A stretch of DNA of 64,000 nucleotides from Octopus vulgaris (GCA_951406725.2 OX597826.1:39370001-39434000), one strand, 5' to 3'; shown: positions 27,890 to 42,315, counted from the first letter of the stretch. Program-made: numbers and translations. Notes: a model not told the origin generated them from the letters alone.

Positions 27890-28657
27890 AAGGATATATT
27901 GAATCATGTAATACTAGATACCAAGGAAACCCATTTGCCCGTATATACACTTGCCTGTATATGGATATGTAGGACAGAGAAAGGTTTGTTTTCGAAATTC
28001 CTCGCAATTTCAGATATTAAAGGGTTTTCCGTTTCAACTTTTTTTCTGCTTTCTTCACAATCCTAATATCAAATGGCCATCAAGTCTCCCTCTTACTACG
28101 CCATAAATATTTTCAGTTATATTCGTTTTCAATTGCTTGTGCAGTGCTTTATCTTTGCAGTCTTTCATCCTACACAAGGCTGACCTAATGATAACGGTTC
28201 TGTGCCATTTTTTTACATACCATGCTATTTTGTTTTCTTCTGTTCTAATGCTGTGTTCGCATCCAATAAGTCCTCTTCCACCGCTTTTACAATGATCATT
28301 CATACGTTGTCGGTAACCCTCAATTTTAGCACCATTTTCATCAACTGGGTTGCTCAGGTAGTAACACTCCATGACCACAGCATTGATTTACTTACTCTAT
28401 CTACGCCGTGTGTAGTGGTCCCTTTCTGGATATCGATAGCCTGGAGCTGGACAAGAATCTCTGAGCCTGCCGGGTACAACACTGTCACCATCAATGGCTT
28501 TAGTTTTCATTACCACCGTTATTCACAATATTTTGTTCTTTAATTGTCACTCATATGAGGTAGCGATTATCAGGTTGCGCAATTACCAGTGTTTTTATTG
28601 TGAAACCCTCACTAGATGTATCATAAATCAGGACATGGGGAGACTCCAATCCCTTCC

Positions 28658-28660
<3 letters not shown>
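27890..28660 (-). mobile_element. R4/Dong-like LINE 5' end joined to an internal fragment
   Basis: VMECYYLSNP...GYRQRM followed by GGRGLI; homologous to 46322-46690; starts at (TAA)n. Confidence 0.65.
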
Positions 28661-28736
<76 letters not shown>

Positions 28737-29039
28737 GTCATCATCATCACTGATATCACTGATATTATTGTTTTATTTTTTTACTATTTGTCAGTGTTAT
28801 ATTGACTGACTCAGAGGTTACACAGACCCATGCAGAGCAGGTGTGGTACCAATTTCCAGGGCTGTTCACATGGACAGCCGCATAGAAAATTACGCTATTT
28901 TATCTGGCCTTCCCCAGCGATGCTTTCTCATGCAGAAGAACTTTCCAGAGAGTCCATTACTCACTTGTAATCTTCGGTGAACAGGCTCTTCAGTCTCATC
29001 ATTATCATCATTATTATTATTTAACCTAATCCGCATTGC

Positions 29040-30290
29040 AATATCTTTGCTGAATACTCTCACTTTTGGATGAAAGAACCTAGAAATGTCTCATTTTTTG
29101 TATACAATTTGAGGTCATTCATATGAAGTAGGTAACCTATTTTCATCTTACATTTGGATAAACTCATAGGCAGGCCTGGATTTTTTTTATTCTACGTGTT
29201 AGAAGGATTAGTGCAATGACGAAGTGTAATGGGGAGAGAGAGAGTCACCCTGAAAAATGCACCTGCGTATTTTCACGTTACCTAACGATTCATTTGTACA
29301 CATCAATTCTATTTCCCGTACTCTCATTGTTTTCTCCTAGTCTTATTGACTGCGAGCGTCCTTAAACACTCTGAGAGCCAGTGCTGTGGGACATGGTCGT
29401 AGGCCTTCCTGAAATGTATCCATCTAAAAACTATGTTCTACTTCCTTACTCGAACATCAGAGTAGATAAGCAGTTCGTCTTGATTTCTTCCTACATCCTA
29501 TTTGATCTTCGCGCAGTAGGTTATTTACCAGAAAATTATATACTACATCTGCTGTGAGGCCAGTTAACAAATTCCAGAGTATTAGTAAGCAAGTAATTGG
29601 TCTATATTTTCTGAGTTCCCCTCTTTTTTCTGTATCCTTCTGTATCAGCACTGGCCTTTTTGCCATCCATGATGGAGCTTCATTTTCTATGTAGTCAATA
29701 AAAAAACCGTTCTATATAGCTGTTTATACTTGGGAAGTTTTTGAGCCAGAAACACTGGACACCATCTGATCCGGGGGCTTTCCAGTTTGCTATTTTCATC
29801 TCTTTTATTTTCTAATTTGTGTTTGTTATGTTCTTTTGTGTCGCTCCATTCTTCCATTTCTCTTTTAAATTCCCGTAACTAGTCTTCTTTTACATTAGTT
29901 TGGTCTTTTTTGTCCTAGATTTCTTCCCAGAATTTTAATGTTCCATCAGCTTCTGGTTTCAGCTATTTATGGAATTTTCTTTTGTTGTTCTTAAAGAATC
30001 TATTCTGCAGGTACTGATTTTTTTCTGTTGGTATCTGATGTTTTATTTTTACCCGGCACTGCTTTGATATTTTTTAGTTCTTTAACTATTTGATATCTTT
30101 TATATCTTATGCTGTACTTCCAGTGCAGTTTCTTTATGTGTCTTTCCCTCACACTCTTCTATGATTGCACGTATCTGTCCACAGTCTCATTTTAGAGTGT
30201 TGCTAGCCTAGCCTAGCTAAAGGGCCCCTGTCTAGATTTAGCCCCATGAAGATGTTCTCTGCTGTTTTTGTCCTCGGGATATTCCTTATT
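29040..30290 (-). mobile_element. R4/Dong-like LINE reverse transcriptase fragment
   Basis: WKAPGSDGVQCFWLK, KYRPITCL, IFQGDSLSP, LLHMNDLKLY (decayed YMDD). Confidence 0.8.
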
Positions 30291-32132
30291 ATTGTTATTA
30301 TTACTACTGCCCATCAGCAGTTCTAATAGAAAGATGTTATTTGGATAGCAGTTGATTCGCGGAAGTTCATCTGCCCCTAGGTCTTGCTTTTCCTCCTGCG
30401 GATAACCATATAGCAAAAGATATGCCCTCCTCATACAGCGAGCTCTGTGGATTTGCCAGTTTAGTCGCCAACGGCCCGATATTTGTGATTCGATTTGATG
30501 ACTTCAGTTATAGTTGTTCTAAATGCACTGACACCGACGAAGATTAGCTTTTAAGGTCGTTTAATTTTCTTCAACCTATCAATGGAGCGATAGAGTAAAC
30601 CAACTAATGAAGGAACCTATAATGATTATCGGAAACGGCTGTAAGTCGAATTTGCAACAAAAAATATGTAAAGACCATTATTTATACCTCATCTGACACA
30701 CACACACACACACACACACACACCCGCACCCGCACCCGCACACACACACGTACACACACACACGTGTGTGAGTGTGTATCTCTTATTGATATAGACGAAC
30801 GAATGATTTAAACATTAGCGAAGAACGCAATACCGGTCCTCCTAGAATTAAGACCCTTGTGATATTTGCTCTACACCTACTTTAATGTAGTCCCTTTGTT
30901 CACATGCCATTAAAAATTCAACAAGCCAATGGTTAAGTCCGTTAGAAATCATTAACCAGATATACTCTTTTTTACCATTTGTCATACAAAAATGATAAAT
31001 AAATGCAACCACTTATATATAACCATGTTCGCATTTGAGATCATCTGACGTAGGAACAGACGTATTCATATTTACGCTGGAGCAGATCAGATATGCATCC
31101 ATACTCACACAGCTACGTACATTTACGTAGCTCATACGCACATATAAATAGATGCATACGAGCAGATATAAACACATGCACAGAAGCACAACATATATTC
31201 ACATATGAGCACATATATTGATACAGGCAGACACAAAATATACACGCATGGGCACATATGCGCATATATACATATAGAGAGACACATATTCACATATCAG
31301 TTCTTACAAAAGTATACTCTAACAAAAATATATACACATCAACATATATAGATGTATTTATACAAATCGTACTTCACGTTTACATGCACACATACCGACA
31401 AGTAGAGACATATACATGAGCACATACATTCTTATAAACTGGCACACATTTTCACTTATGTTCACATACACATATATACACACACACATTTCCAAGTTGT
31501 AGCAGGTGGGAAAAAGAAAAATACAAGAAACGAAAATGTAATCCACGGCGAAGATATAGAATTCAAATGAATTTGCTTTAATTTCCTCTTTGCTTCACGT
31601 TGCTAAGCAATACTATTATTTTTCTTTCAGCAATTAATTATGTTTTCTCAATTAGGCATATCTTTCCGAGAAATTATTCCAGTCCATCAGTTCCAGCAAT
31701 ACTGTTCGCCGTTAGATATCTTCTGTCAATATTGATTAGCGACAAGGTCGGTGGATTGGCAGTATTGATAGAGCGTTGGACTAAATTCCTTGCAGTTCAG
31801 TGTGTTACTTTTACCATCGGATTTCGAGTCCTGTTACGTTTAGCTTCGTCTTTTTATCTCCTTGGGGTCGAGGAAAACAGTATCAACGAAGTACTGGGAT
31901 CCATTTAGCCGACTATAGTCATCCTTTGAATTTGTATCTTTACGTTAATCGTCAGTATTGGTTACTAAGTTCACAAATTTGGTGGCTAGATTAGACGGGT
32001 TCCAATATTTGATTGGTTATTTATTGATCGATTCCGGGAGAATTAAGTAGGTACTTGTATCTATAAATATGGATGGCCGAATTGATAAATAGCCAGTATG
32101 AGATTCACATCAGATGTGTATATACATGCATA

Positions 32133-32539
32133 GGCGCAGGAGTGGCTGTGTGGTATGTAGCTTGCTTACCAACCACATGGTTCCGGGTTCAGTCCCACTG
32201 CGTGGCACCTTGGGCAAGTGCCTTCTGCTATAGCCCCGGGCCGACCAATGCCTTGTGAGTGGATTTGGTAGACGGAAACTGAAAGAAGCCTGACGTATAT
32301 ATGTATATATATATATATGTATGTATGTGTATATGTTTGTGTGTCTGTGTTTGTCCCCTAGCATTGCTTGACAACCGATGCTGTGTGTTTACGTCCCCGT
32401 TACTTATCGGTTCGGCAAAAGAGACCGATAGAATAAGTACTGGGCTTACAAATCACGGGGTCGATTTGCTTGACTAAAGGCGGTGCTCCAGCGTGGCCGC
32501 AGTCAAATGACTGAAACGAGTAAGAGAGTAAAAGAGTAA
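32133..32539 (+). mobile_element. SINE family A, full length
   Basis: Head, internal microsatellite and (gtaaaaga)n-like tail all present. Confidence 0.9.
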
Positions 32540-33761
32540 GTGATGAACTCTCAGGTCGATTTCAATGTTTAAATGTCCAGTTATCCAATCAACTGGACAA
32601 CCAATTCGTTGAATTTCCGCTCGAAGTAGTGGTTCAGTATTCTACTGAAACGTATACCCTTCACGTAATTAAGCTTGGCACAGATGTCAAAAGACTAAAC
32701 CGGTGAATTACTAATAGAGTACACCCAAAGGGCTTCCAGACAGTTTCCGTTTGTCTAAATTTACTCACAAGGCTTGTGTAGTCTCGAGACTGTGGAAAAT
32801 CTACTCGCCCTAGATGTTATTCAAAATGTCGTGGTTATGAAGAGAGCTTGTTAACCTCTCAGCAATACGCCTGCGTACTTATGTCAGGGCTTGTATTTGT
32901 GAAGGTGTGTATATGAGTATATGTCTTTTTAGGCAACGGCAAGTTAGCTTTATATAAGAAGTGAGAATAATCACCATATCCGTACATGTAATAATCCAGG
33001 AACAAGAGGAATTTATTCAAATATATTGAACAGATTAAAAGAAAGAGACCACACTACTATAAATATACAATGGTATAAATATACAATGGTATATCTATGA
33101 GAATTTTCATTCAAATATCCTTTGCAAACCCGATAATATTCACTATTTTATTGCAAAATTCTAATATTTCAAATTATCCTGAATCAGTAAGGCTTTGTGT
33201 GCATTTTAGGAAGTTTTTGTTGAAAGATAATCGCATAGGTTATATTTTTCAATCGGTGGTATATATAACGGAAAAAAAAATCACTATAAAAAATTGATAA
33301 AAAGTTTCATTTTATATTTTATATCCATGCTTCTCGTTTGCATCCGTTATAAAAATACTTATCTCCGTTTTTTTTTTTTTTACTTTTTAACATAGCTTAG
33401 TTTGTGAAAAATAACGTTGCTTTGATGTACGTTTTTAATATTAAAATTGTGATTATTAATTTTTGTAAATGTCAATATTCTGAACATGTTACGTTTAATA
33501 TATTTTGCGCAAACTAGTATTATTTCCGGCACACGCTACGTTTATTATACTTTTTCAGCAATGGATACTTATATTTCAAACAGAAAAAAAAACATACGTT
33601 AAAAGTTACCAATCAGTTAGAATATATCTATGCCCTCAAGATAGTGTGTGTGTGTGTGTGTGTGTTGTGCGTGTGTGTGTGTGTGCGTATGTATGTATAT
33701 GTCCATATGCGTGTGTACGTATGTCTATATATGTGTGTATGTATGTATATATATATATATA

Positions 33762-34158
33762 TACTCTTTTACTCTTTTACTTGTTTCAGTCATTTTACTG
33801 CAGCCTTGCTGGAGCACCACCTTTAATCGAGCAACTCGACCCCGGGACTTATTCTTTGTAAGCCCAGTACTTATTCTATCGGTCTTTTGCCGAACCGCTA
33901 AGTGACGGGGACATAAACACACCAGCATCGGTTGTCAAGCAATATTAGGGGGACAAATACGGACACACAAACACACACGCACATATATATATATACATAT
34001 ATACGACGGGGTTCTTTCAGTTTCCGTCTACTAAATGCACTGACAAGGCTTTGGTCGGCCGAAGGCCATAGTAGAAGACACTTGCCCAAGGTATCACGCA
34101 GTGGGACTGAACCCGGAACCATGTGGTTAGTAAGCAAGCTACTTACCGCACAGCCACT
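33762..34158 (-). mobile_element. SINE family A, near full length
   Basis: Reverse complement of the family A unit. Confidence 0.9.
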
Positions 34159-34174
34159 ACATATATACACACTG

Positions 34175-34238
<64 letters not shown>

Positions 34239-34796
34239 GAAAAATACAAACTGGGACAAGAACGTAAAACATTTAGAAGACGATGCAAAAAACACGGTCG
34301 GGACATTCGAAGCCTTCAATCTTCAGTCAAGAACCGGATCATCCTACAATTTCGGCTGATTAATCTTGAGATTGCTCCGACCTGGCCAGCCCCAAAGGAA
34401 AATCTAAGCCAAGCGCATTAAATTCCTTGGAAGAAAGCCTCGAATGTATACAAAACAAGGACGGGAACGAATAAGAATACAAAAATACGTAAAAATAATA
34501 ATGATAACACGAATAAGAATACGAAAATACGTAAAAACAATAATGATAATATTAATAACAAAAACAGGACGTTACAGACAGGCGTCTTTTCGACAGGACG
34601 GGTGAACTTGAGCTGGCGCATTGAAAAAATGCCTTGAGGCTAAGAGAGACAAAAGAAGTGCCTAGCCTAGACGGCCGTTGACCGCGATAGGGCAGGACAG
34701 CAGTCCAAAGTTAGTCACGTGTGAGGAGAAGAGAGGGGAGAAAAGAGGGACAGAGGAAGAGAGAAAAAGGGAACAAGGAACAAAGGAGGAGGAGAT

Positions 34797-34870
<74 letters not shown>

Positions 34871-35528
34871 ATATTTAAGAGTGAGTATGAGCAAACAAAA
34901 GAAAAAGGCACTCAACAAATTTAGTAGTAGTTATATTATTGTTATTTAAAACTGTCTGATTCGGGTCCATCGCAAACTTCTATCAGAAACCCGTCTCTTT
35001 CACATTTAGGTTACCGAATGAAGAGGCACACAAATGCAAGAATGTACATACTTACGCATACACAGTCATACGTGCATCCTAAATACGTTCGGTCACGCAC
35101 GCATACTCAATACACACAAACACACATACTCGCCAGCCTTGCTTCTACCGGCCCGAACTCTCTGCCCAGCCATGCGGTCCCTTCTCTAACGGAACTGCTG
35201 TCGCTCATTCGTCGATCTTACTCTGACAATACCATGTGACCCGCCTTGATCAATTGTTGCTCATTTTCAAGTAGCCATCTTAGATTTCTTGTGTCCCTTT
35301 ATTCATAGGTATGTATGTATTTATATATATATATATATATATATCTAAATTATATATATGTAGTGTGTGTGTGTCTATAAATATATACATATATATATGT
35401 ATGCATGCATATGAATGAGTCACCTGTTACAAAAGTGCAGTATGCTGAAATAACGTGTTCATCCGCTGGATGTTATGTGGTTAAATATATATATTCACCT
35501 TTAAATCCACCTCATTATGTGTTTATCC

Positions 35529-35679
<151 letters not shown>

Positions 35680-36099
35680 AGTATATGAATTCTGTATACA
35701 CATACACATTGATATAGGCACAAACACACGCACATATATACACACACAGACACACATACGCACACGCACACTTATATACATATTGCTTACAACATTCTTA
35801 AAATATATAGGAATTGTAACTGGTCAGAATAAATGTCTCTAGCTGTCTATAAAACCAGCTTCCCTAGACATATTTTATTAATGGCCTGATTACTTCTCCA
35901 TTACTTGACGAGATATATTACAGGTACCTTGGCGTGAATAGAAAGACATTAATAGTTAAGCCCAGGGAACCAGGGAAAATAACATCTGAATAAAAATAAT
36001 ATAGTCTTAATCTCTGCATGCAATAAATCTGTAACCCACATTGTGTTTTCAGTACCTGTACCTATGCCAAAATTCGGGTCAGTCGATTGGTCTCGAGAT

Positions 36100-36540
36100 G
36101 AGAACGAAACCATTGATGTTAGACTCTAAAAGCTATTAATCTCCACCGGAAATGTTCGCATCATTAATTGTATTGACCGAATAATGATATGGGATTGAGA
36201 AAAATCATGTGCACACTAATAGAAATTACTTACCCAGCAGATATTAATATTGAAGCGATTCCATTAACGGACATTACCGCGCGAGCCCTGGTGTAAGGAA
36301 GAATATCGCGCTACGGTGATCCTACCACCATTGCTACAGACTGCGCAGACAGTTCGAATCGTTTCTGAGTTAACAAAAATCATCGGTGCTCAACGGATTC
36401 GGACTACCAGCTACCATCCGGCGTCGAACGGTATGGTATAACGCTTCCACCTACAACTAGAAGCTGCGTTGCGAGCCTCACTTGACGCCCAGCGTTGGAC
36501 CGAGTACCTTCCTATTGTTCTCCTCGGTATTCGAACCTTG
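36100..36540 (+). mobile_element. Gypsy/Ty3 integrase relic
   Basis: Manual translation: EAIPLTDITA, ISRYG, RIRTTSYHPASNGMV*RFHLQLEAALRA...WTEYLPIVLLGIRT; 5' boundary approximate. Confidence 0.8.
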
Positions 36541-36544
36541 GGGC

Positions 36545-37750
36545 CGTGCATCCAATGGACAGGCAGCAGGTTTTTATACCGATTTTTGAAGGCCTTCGGT
36601 TCGCGGACTTGTATTATCAAATATAAATGCAAACAATAAGTTCAAGCAACTGATACATGGGCGATTGCATTACTGAGGTATAGTACAGGTATTATCAATT
36701 AAAGGAAAGAGGTGTTAAAGAGGCTGAATCGAAAATGAAGAAAACTATTCACAATGTACGGAACATTTCATTCCAAGAGCAATATTGAGAGGCTATGACT
36801 AACCAGGCATAAAGGTGAGCGAAAGCTAATCACCTTTAGATATCTAGATATTTAATGTCTTATAATCACCTTTGTATTTGTGAAAGTTGTTTATTTTCGG
36901 AAGAAAATAACTTGGGGTGATATATCAAGAGTGCAGCTGAGGATACTTGTTGCATTCAGGGAAGATACACGCTGGGAAATAGAAGAGTAAGAAAGATGAA
37001 AGAAAATGGAATGGGAAAAAGATGTACGGATAGTTTGCGAGAGAAGTGAGCAGGAATACCGATACTGACGGAAGGTGGCAAGGAAGAGTGACTTGAAGAC
37101 AGAGACAGAATTACTAATCTCTGCTACAGAAGAACACGCACTTAGGAAAGTTTACCAAATGCAAGATTAACAATACATCAGAAACTGACAAATGCAGGGT
37201 TTGGGTGTGATAAAAACGACACCGTATAGTATGCTGTAAATGAATACACGAAGCTGGTCCAAAACGAATACAAAAGAAGACACGAAATGTCGCAAGAATG
37301 ATTCATTGGTAGATGGGCAGCAAATACAGATTGAATACATCAAAGACGTGGAATGGGTAAACCCCCTAAGGAGTAATCGAAAATGACTAGATAAAGATAC
37401 TGTGGGATGACATGATCGAACGGAACAATGAAATTAAATATCGAAAGCCAGATATTGTAGTCGTAAATAAAGCGATTAAAACCGGTTTAATCATTGAAAT
37501 TACATTTGCTGTCCGTAACGAAGTATTGAAAGGGAAGAAGAGAAGCAGACCACATATGATAATTTGAAGTGGAAGATAAAAGACTGCGATCATTGAAGAA
37601 GGTGAGTGTCATACTTGGAGCCCTGGAATTATAAATGCAAAGCTCACAGACTAGAGTAGAAGCATGGGAATAAATGTGAAAATAGAGAATCTACAGAAAA
37701 TAGCGTTGCTTGGTACCACACGAACGCTCCGCAAAGTTCTTCAAACTAGA
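36545..37750 (+). mobile_element. R4/Dong-clade LINE 3' fragment
   Basis: TWAIALLRYSTGII, SDLKTETELLISA, LVQNEYKRRH, ILWD, RKPDIVVV, LQKIALLGTTRTLRKVL. Confidence 0.8.
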
Positions 37751-38417
37751 ATAAGAGCTGTAGATAGCTGGCACTTTGTTACATCTCTCAGCGAAGGTAC
37801 TGTAATAAAGAAGAAAAAGAATTCAGTCATTTGTTAATAAGTATCTCTCTAAATAGACTCAATTTCGCATGTAATTGAATGAAATCTCAGAAAAAGAAGG
37901 AATCATTGAATTCATTTTGGCTGTCTTGTGAACCCCCTTCTCTCCACTGGTTGCAATATTGAATATTTCTAATAGAACAAGTAAGTTTTAGACTATAAAC
38001 AAAAGTCGGTTTTAATTGGTCGATTCAAAATTGAATTAATATCCGCAATAATTCAATAGGCTGTCTCTGGGGAAGTAGCTTTGATTTATTGACCATTATA
38101 AGACATTTTAAATATCTAAATCAGTCATATAACTTGAAATATTTGGCTTCCAGAAGTTTCTTTATTATTGCTCCTGTTGCACTCCCAAACAGAGAAAGTT
38201 CTAACGTAAAAGGAAACCCGCATGCGCTCACCCGATTTGCTAAAATAGTAGTCGCATTTCCGTTAGAGTACTCTCTCTCAAATTAATCCCTCAAATTAAC
38301 CTCTGTCTGAAATAAGGAAAGATACATTAGATGATATAGTTCTATATCCGCTATACGTATAAAACATTGACTGGATGGTCTCCACATGAATGTCTTGCGA
38401 CAACGTCAGCAGCAATA

Positions 38418-38900
38418 GGCGCAAGAGTGGCTGTGTGGTAAGTAGCTTGTTTACCAACCACATGGTTCCGGGTTCAGTCCCACTGCATGGCACCTTGGGC
38501 AAGTGTCTTCTACTATAGCTTCGGGTCGACCAAAGCCTTGTGAGTGGATTTGGTAGACGGAAATTGAAAGAAGTCCGTTGTATATATGTATATATATAAT
38601 CTACAGAAAATAGCGTTGCTTGGTACCACACGAACGCTCCGCAAAGTTGTATATATGTATATATATGTGTGTGTGCGTGTATGTTTGTGTGTCTGTGTTT
38701 GTCCCCCTTGCATTGCTTGATAAAATCGATGCTGGTGTGTTTATGTCCTCGTCACTTAGTGGTTCGGCAAAAGTAACCGATAGAATAAGTACTGGGCTTA
38801 CAAAGAATAAGTCCCGGGGTCGAGTTGCTCGATTAAAGGCGGTGCTCCAGCATGGCCGCAGTCAAATGACTGAAACAAGTAAAGAGTAAAGAGTAAAGAG
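38418..38900 (+). mobile_element. SINE family A, full length, with a 51-bp templated insert
   Basis: Family A match; 38598-38648 is identical to 37688-37738. Confidence 0.9.
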
Positions 38901-39046
38901 CCATATCGAAAGTATGGAGAAAAATCAATGTCTTATTCTTCTATTCAGATTTTCCTTTTTAATACAAAAATTAATCTTTAAATGACTTATAAAGATAAAT
39001 AGCTTTGTGAGTGGATTTGGTAGACGGAAACTGAAAGAAATCTGTC

Positions 39047-39101
<55 letters not shown>

Positions 39102-39102
<1 letters not shown>

Positions 39103-39476
39103 TAGCAGTATCGCCCGGCGTTGCTCGGGTTTGTAGGGAAATAACTATAAAGCATTTTTAGATAGTTATAGCCAAAATTTTGCAAAAAAATGTATTAAAA
39201 ATGGAAAAAATATGATGGTAATTTTTTTAAATCGTTGACTCATCGTAGACATTTTTAGAGAGTTACTTCCCTTATATTTAAAAAAATATGCATTAAAATG
39301 GAAAAAAAATGATGGTAAATTATTTTAAAAATCGTAGACTCATCGTAGACGCGCGCTAATACCCAGAAGGGCTCGATATGAATCACGACTATAAGATACC
39401 GGTTTTGGTTAAACTACACCGCAAAATGTGGGAGTAGTTAGGAATCTAAATCGGAGTAGACAGACACACAACCTTA

Positions 39477-39490
<14 letters not shown>
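39102..39490 (-). mobile_element. Non-autonomous Helitron-like element
   Basis: Minus-strand 3' end cccgagcaacgccgggcgatactgCTAG|T (hairpin plus CTAG); internal ~55-bp duplication; lies within (TA)n. Confidence 0.7.
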
Positions 39491-39529
<39 letters not shown>

Positions 39530-39716
39530 CATTAATTAAAATCTTAGGGTAGCAAGAATATTCATAGAAAAATTCTTAGTTACCAGTGGTCTAGCGAGAA
39601 AGAAAAAATTAGTCAATAGACTACATATTATTCAGAGAAGAATACAGTGTACGTTCAAACACAAAGGCTTGGAGTTTTAACTGCTCTTTCTAGCAAGTCA
39701 GATATCCTATTCTTCG

Positions 39717-39768
<52 letters not shown>

Positions 39769-39807
39769 TGTATGCATGTACTTGGACGTGTGTATGCACG
39801 TGCGTGT

Positions 39808-39838
<31 letters not shown>

Positions 39839-40147
39839 CGCATGTGTCTGTCTCCAAAACGCGGTATTTGTGTGTTTACAAACATACACAGAGGAATGCA
39901 GGAACTGAACCATTTTTTTCGGGTCTTACGATAGCAGCAGCACAATGGGGTGAAAGGATGGAGCTGAGCGGAAGGCCACACTGCTGCTAAAATCTATGAC
40001 ACACACACACATACATACGCACGCACGCACGCACGCACACACGCACACACACACAGACAAGAACACAAACGAATGCGCACATAAGGATACTCAACTTAGA
40101 AGAACAGAATGGAGTAAGTGGAATATGAAGACACACGAGGACGGAAA

Positions 40148-40194
40148 GTGTCGCTGAAGAGGTCACAGATGTGTGACGAAAGATTTCCGGGCAC
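40148..40194 (+). ncRNA. Minimal type I hammerhead ribozyme motif
   Basis: gtgtcg CTGAAGA g gtcaca gatg tgtgac GAAA gatt TC cgggcac. Confidence 0.6.
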
Positions 40195-40288
40195 GAATTA
40201 ATATAATAAAATACGAACAGTAATAAACGAGTGAAGGAAAAAAATATATAGTGCGTGTGTTTATTTGGCAAAAAATGACCATCTCGAA

Positions 40289-40410
<122 letters not shown>

Positions 40411-41239
40411 ATATTTATGTGTGTATATATGTATGTATGTATGTATGTATAAAACACAGGATGTGTGTCTGTGTATTTGTCATGTCATTAAAACTCGAGA
40501 TCCACCCAAGCGATTTTAAAGAAATTTTACACATGCATTACATATGGTCTATTGTGTGTTACGGGCCAAAATATTTTAAACCTCTTGCTTAATGCGGGCC
40601 CAGTGGCTGATAAACTGCACTTTTTAAGCATTTTTGCAGCGTTAAGGCCCGTAACTTTAAGAGTATCCAGTCGCTTTTCTCCAAATTTGTAACAATCATT
40701 GATTAGGCTCCTCGAATTGCTGTTGACTAACAAAAAATTTCCGACGCCAACTATGCCCCACCCCACCAAACAAATGCAGGGTATCATTCCAACATAGTTA
40801 TACAGATATGAATATACTGCACCGGGTTTTATCTTTGATTTAGGCCATTTTCCGATGATAAAATATTGACACTACTTATGCATTATAAGTAGCGTAGAAT
40901 AATTTTATGAAAACCTTATTGTCCAATTTGGCTGAGGAAATGAGAACATTAAAATTTTTTGTCGGTGCCATGTTGATGCTTCATGTTACCATCCTTCTCC
41001 ACAAGTTGATGCTTCACGTTTCCAATCCTGCGCAACGCAACATTGCCCGGCAGCATGTCTGCTTGCTTTCTATGTCAACCATGTCTGAACTATATATTGA
41101 AAAATGTTCATACAAAAAACAAAATGCTGTTGTAACTCACAGCCATTTGAGTTTGCGTGACCAATTCCGGAAACTACACTCGCCACCTGCAATGAGTCCC
41201 CTCCCTGTTGCCTTCGAAGTTTAGTCGGACGAGTAAATA

Positions 41240-41681
41240 CAAGGTGTCCCAAATTTAATGATGATTTGTATGAAATCGGATGCATATTTTTTAAAACTCA
41301 CTTTTATTTATGTTTATCATGTTTAATATGTGTTAAAAGTGTATAAATTTCGAATTTTGTCTTTAATTTTATTTTCATTCTTGTTGGAACCCTTTTATTT
41401 GTCCATAACAGCTTTTTTCAATTTGGAAGCAATCATTTCCTTTACCTCCATCCCCAAGTTAGCAGTGCAGGAGCCAATTCCTGATATGCTTTAAAATGTG
41501 TTTCATAACGCTAAGGAGAGATCTGAAGTATGCATGGATAAAGACATGTTCAGAATTTTCAATAAAAGTTTGACTTAAGATTAATAAATCTATTCGTTTT
41601 AGTAATAAACATAAAATTCTGTCAGTTTTTAAAAATTTGCTCAATTTCATTGAAGCAGATAATTAATTCTGGAACGCCTTG
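41240..41681. mobile_element. Tc1/mariner-type MITE
   Basis: TA|CAAGGTGTCCCAAATTTAAT ... ATTAATTCTGGAACGCCTTG|TA (16/20 TIR match, TA TSD). Confidence 0.7.
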
Positions 41682-42073
41682 TATGGTGTAGCATTGTTAG
41701 TTGTTGCGGTTGCTTAAGTAAATATTAAAATCAAAGGTCTTCTCGTCGTAAACTTCCCGTATGTTATCCAAAATATATCTCTCCTTTATAGCGTGGCTGT
41801 GTGGTTGAGAATCTTGCTTTCCAGCCATGTCACCTTGGGTTCAGTCCCACTGTGCGGCACGTTGCGCAATTCTCTTTCATTACAGCTCTGTGCCAACCAA
41901 ATCTTTGTTTATTATATAATTGCCATTATAGTATTGATAAATAAAATAACACATACAACTCACTTATTATTGTCATATATTAAACAAACAGAAATTCGTG
42001 TTTGAAATTGATGTTTTCTCTATTTCAATTATTACATGTTTTTTTTCTTATAAAATACACACATACTGGAGGA

Positions 42074-42209
<136 letters not shown>

Positions 42210-42249
42210 ACACTTTGAATGTGGCTTCCGATAAAGAGTAAAAGTAATT

Positions 42250-42277
42250 ACTCGATCAACGACGGGTATTACTGCTA

Positions 42278-42279
<2 letters not shown>
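42250..42279 (+). mobile_element. Helitron-like 3' terminus
   Basis: ctcgatcaacgacgggtattactgCTAG|T, homologous to the end at 39102-39130. Confidence 0.5.

Positions 42280-42315
<36 letters not shown>

Noticed and set aside
28945-29000. Minus-strand CTGAAGA...GAAG
   Set aside because: No helix II or III and no GAAA
34236-34800. Island between (TA)n tracts with minus-strand CTGAAGA and a 42-bp tandem repeat
   Set aside because: Probably a PLE remnant, but I could not build a valid hammerhead or find a protein motif
40445-40900. Helitron-like 5' region
   Set aside because: Resemblance only; no matching 3' terminus could be tied to it
42226-42262. Hammerhead-like cCGATAAA gagtaa..ttactc GATC
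   Set aside because: Core too mutated; better explained as a Helitron 3' terminus
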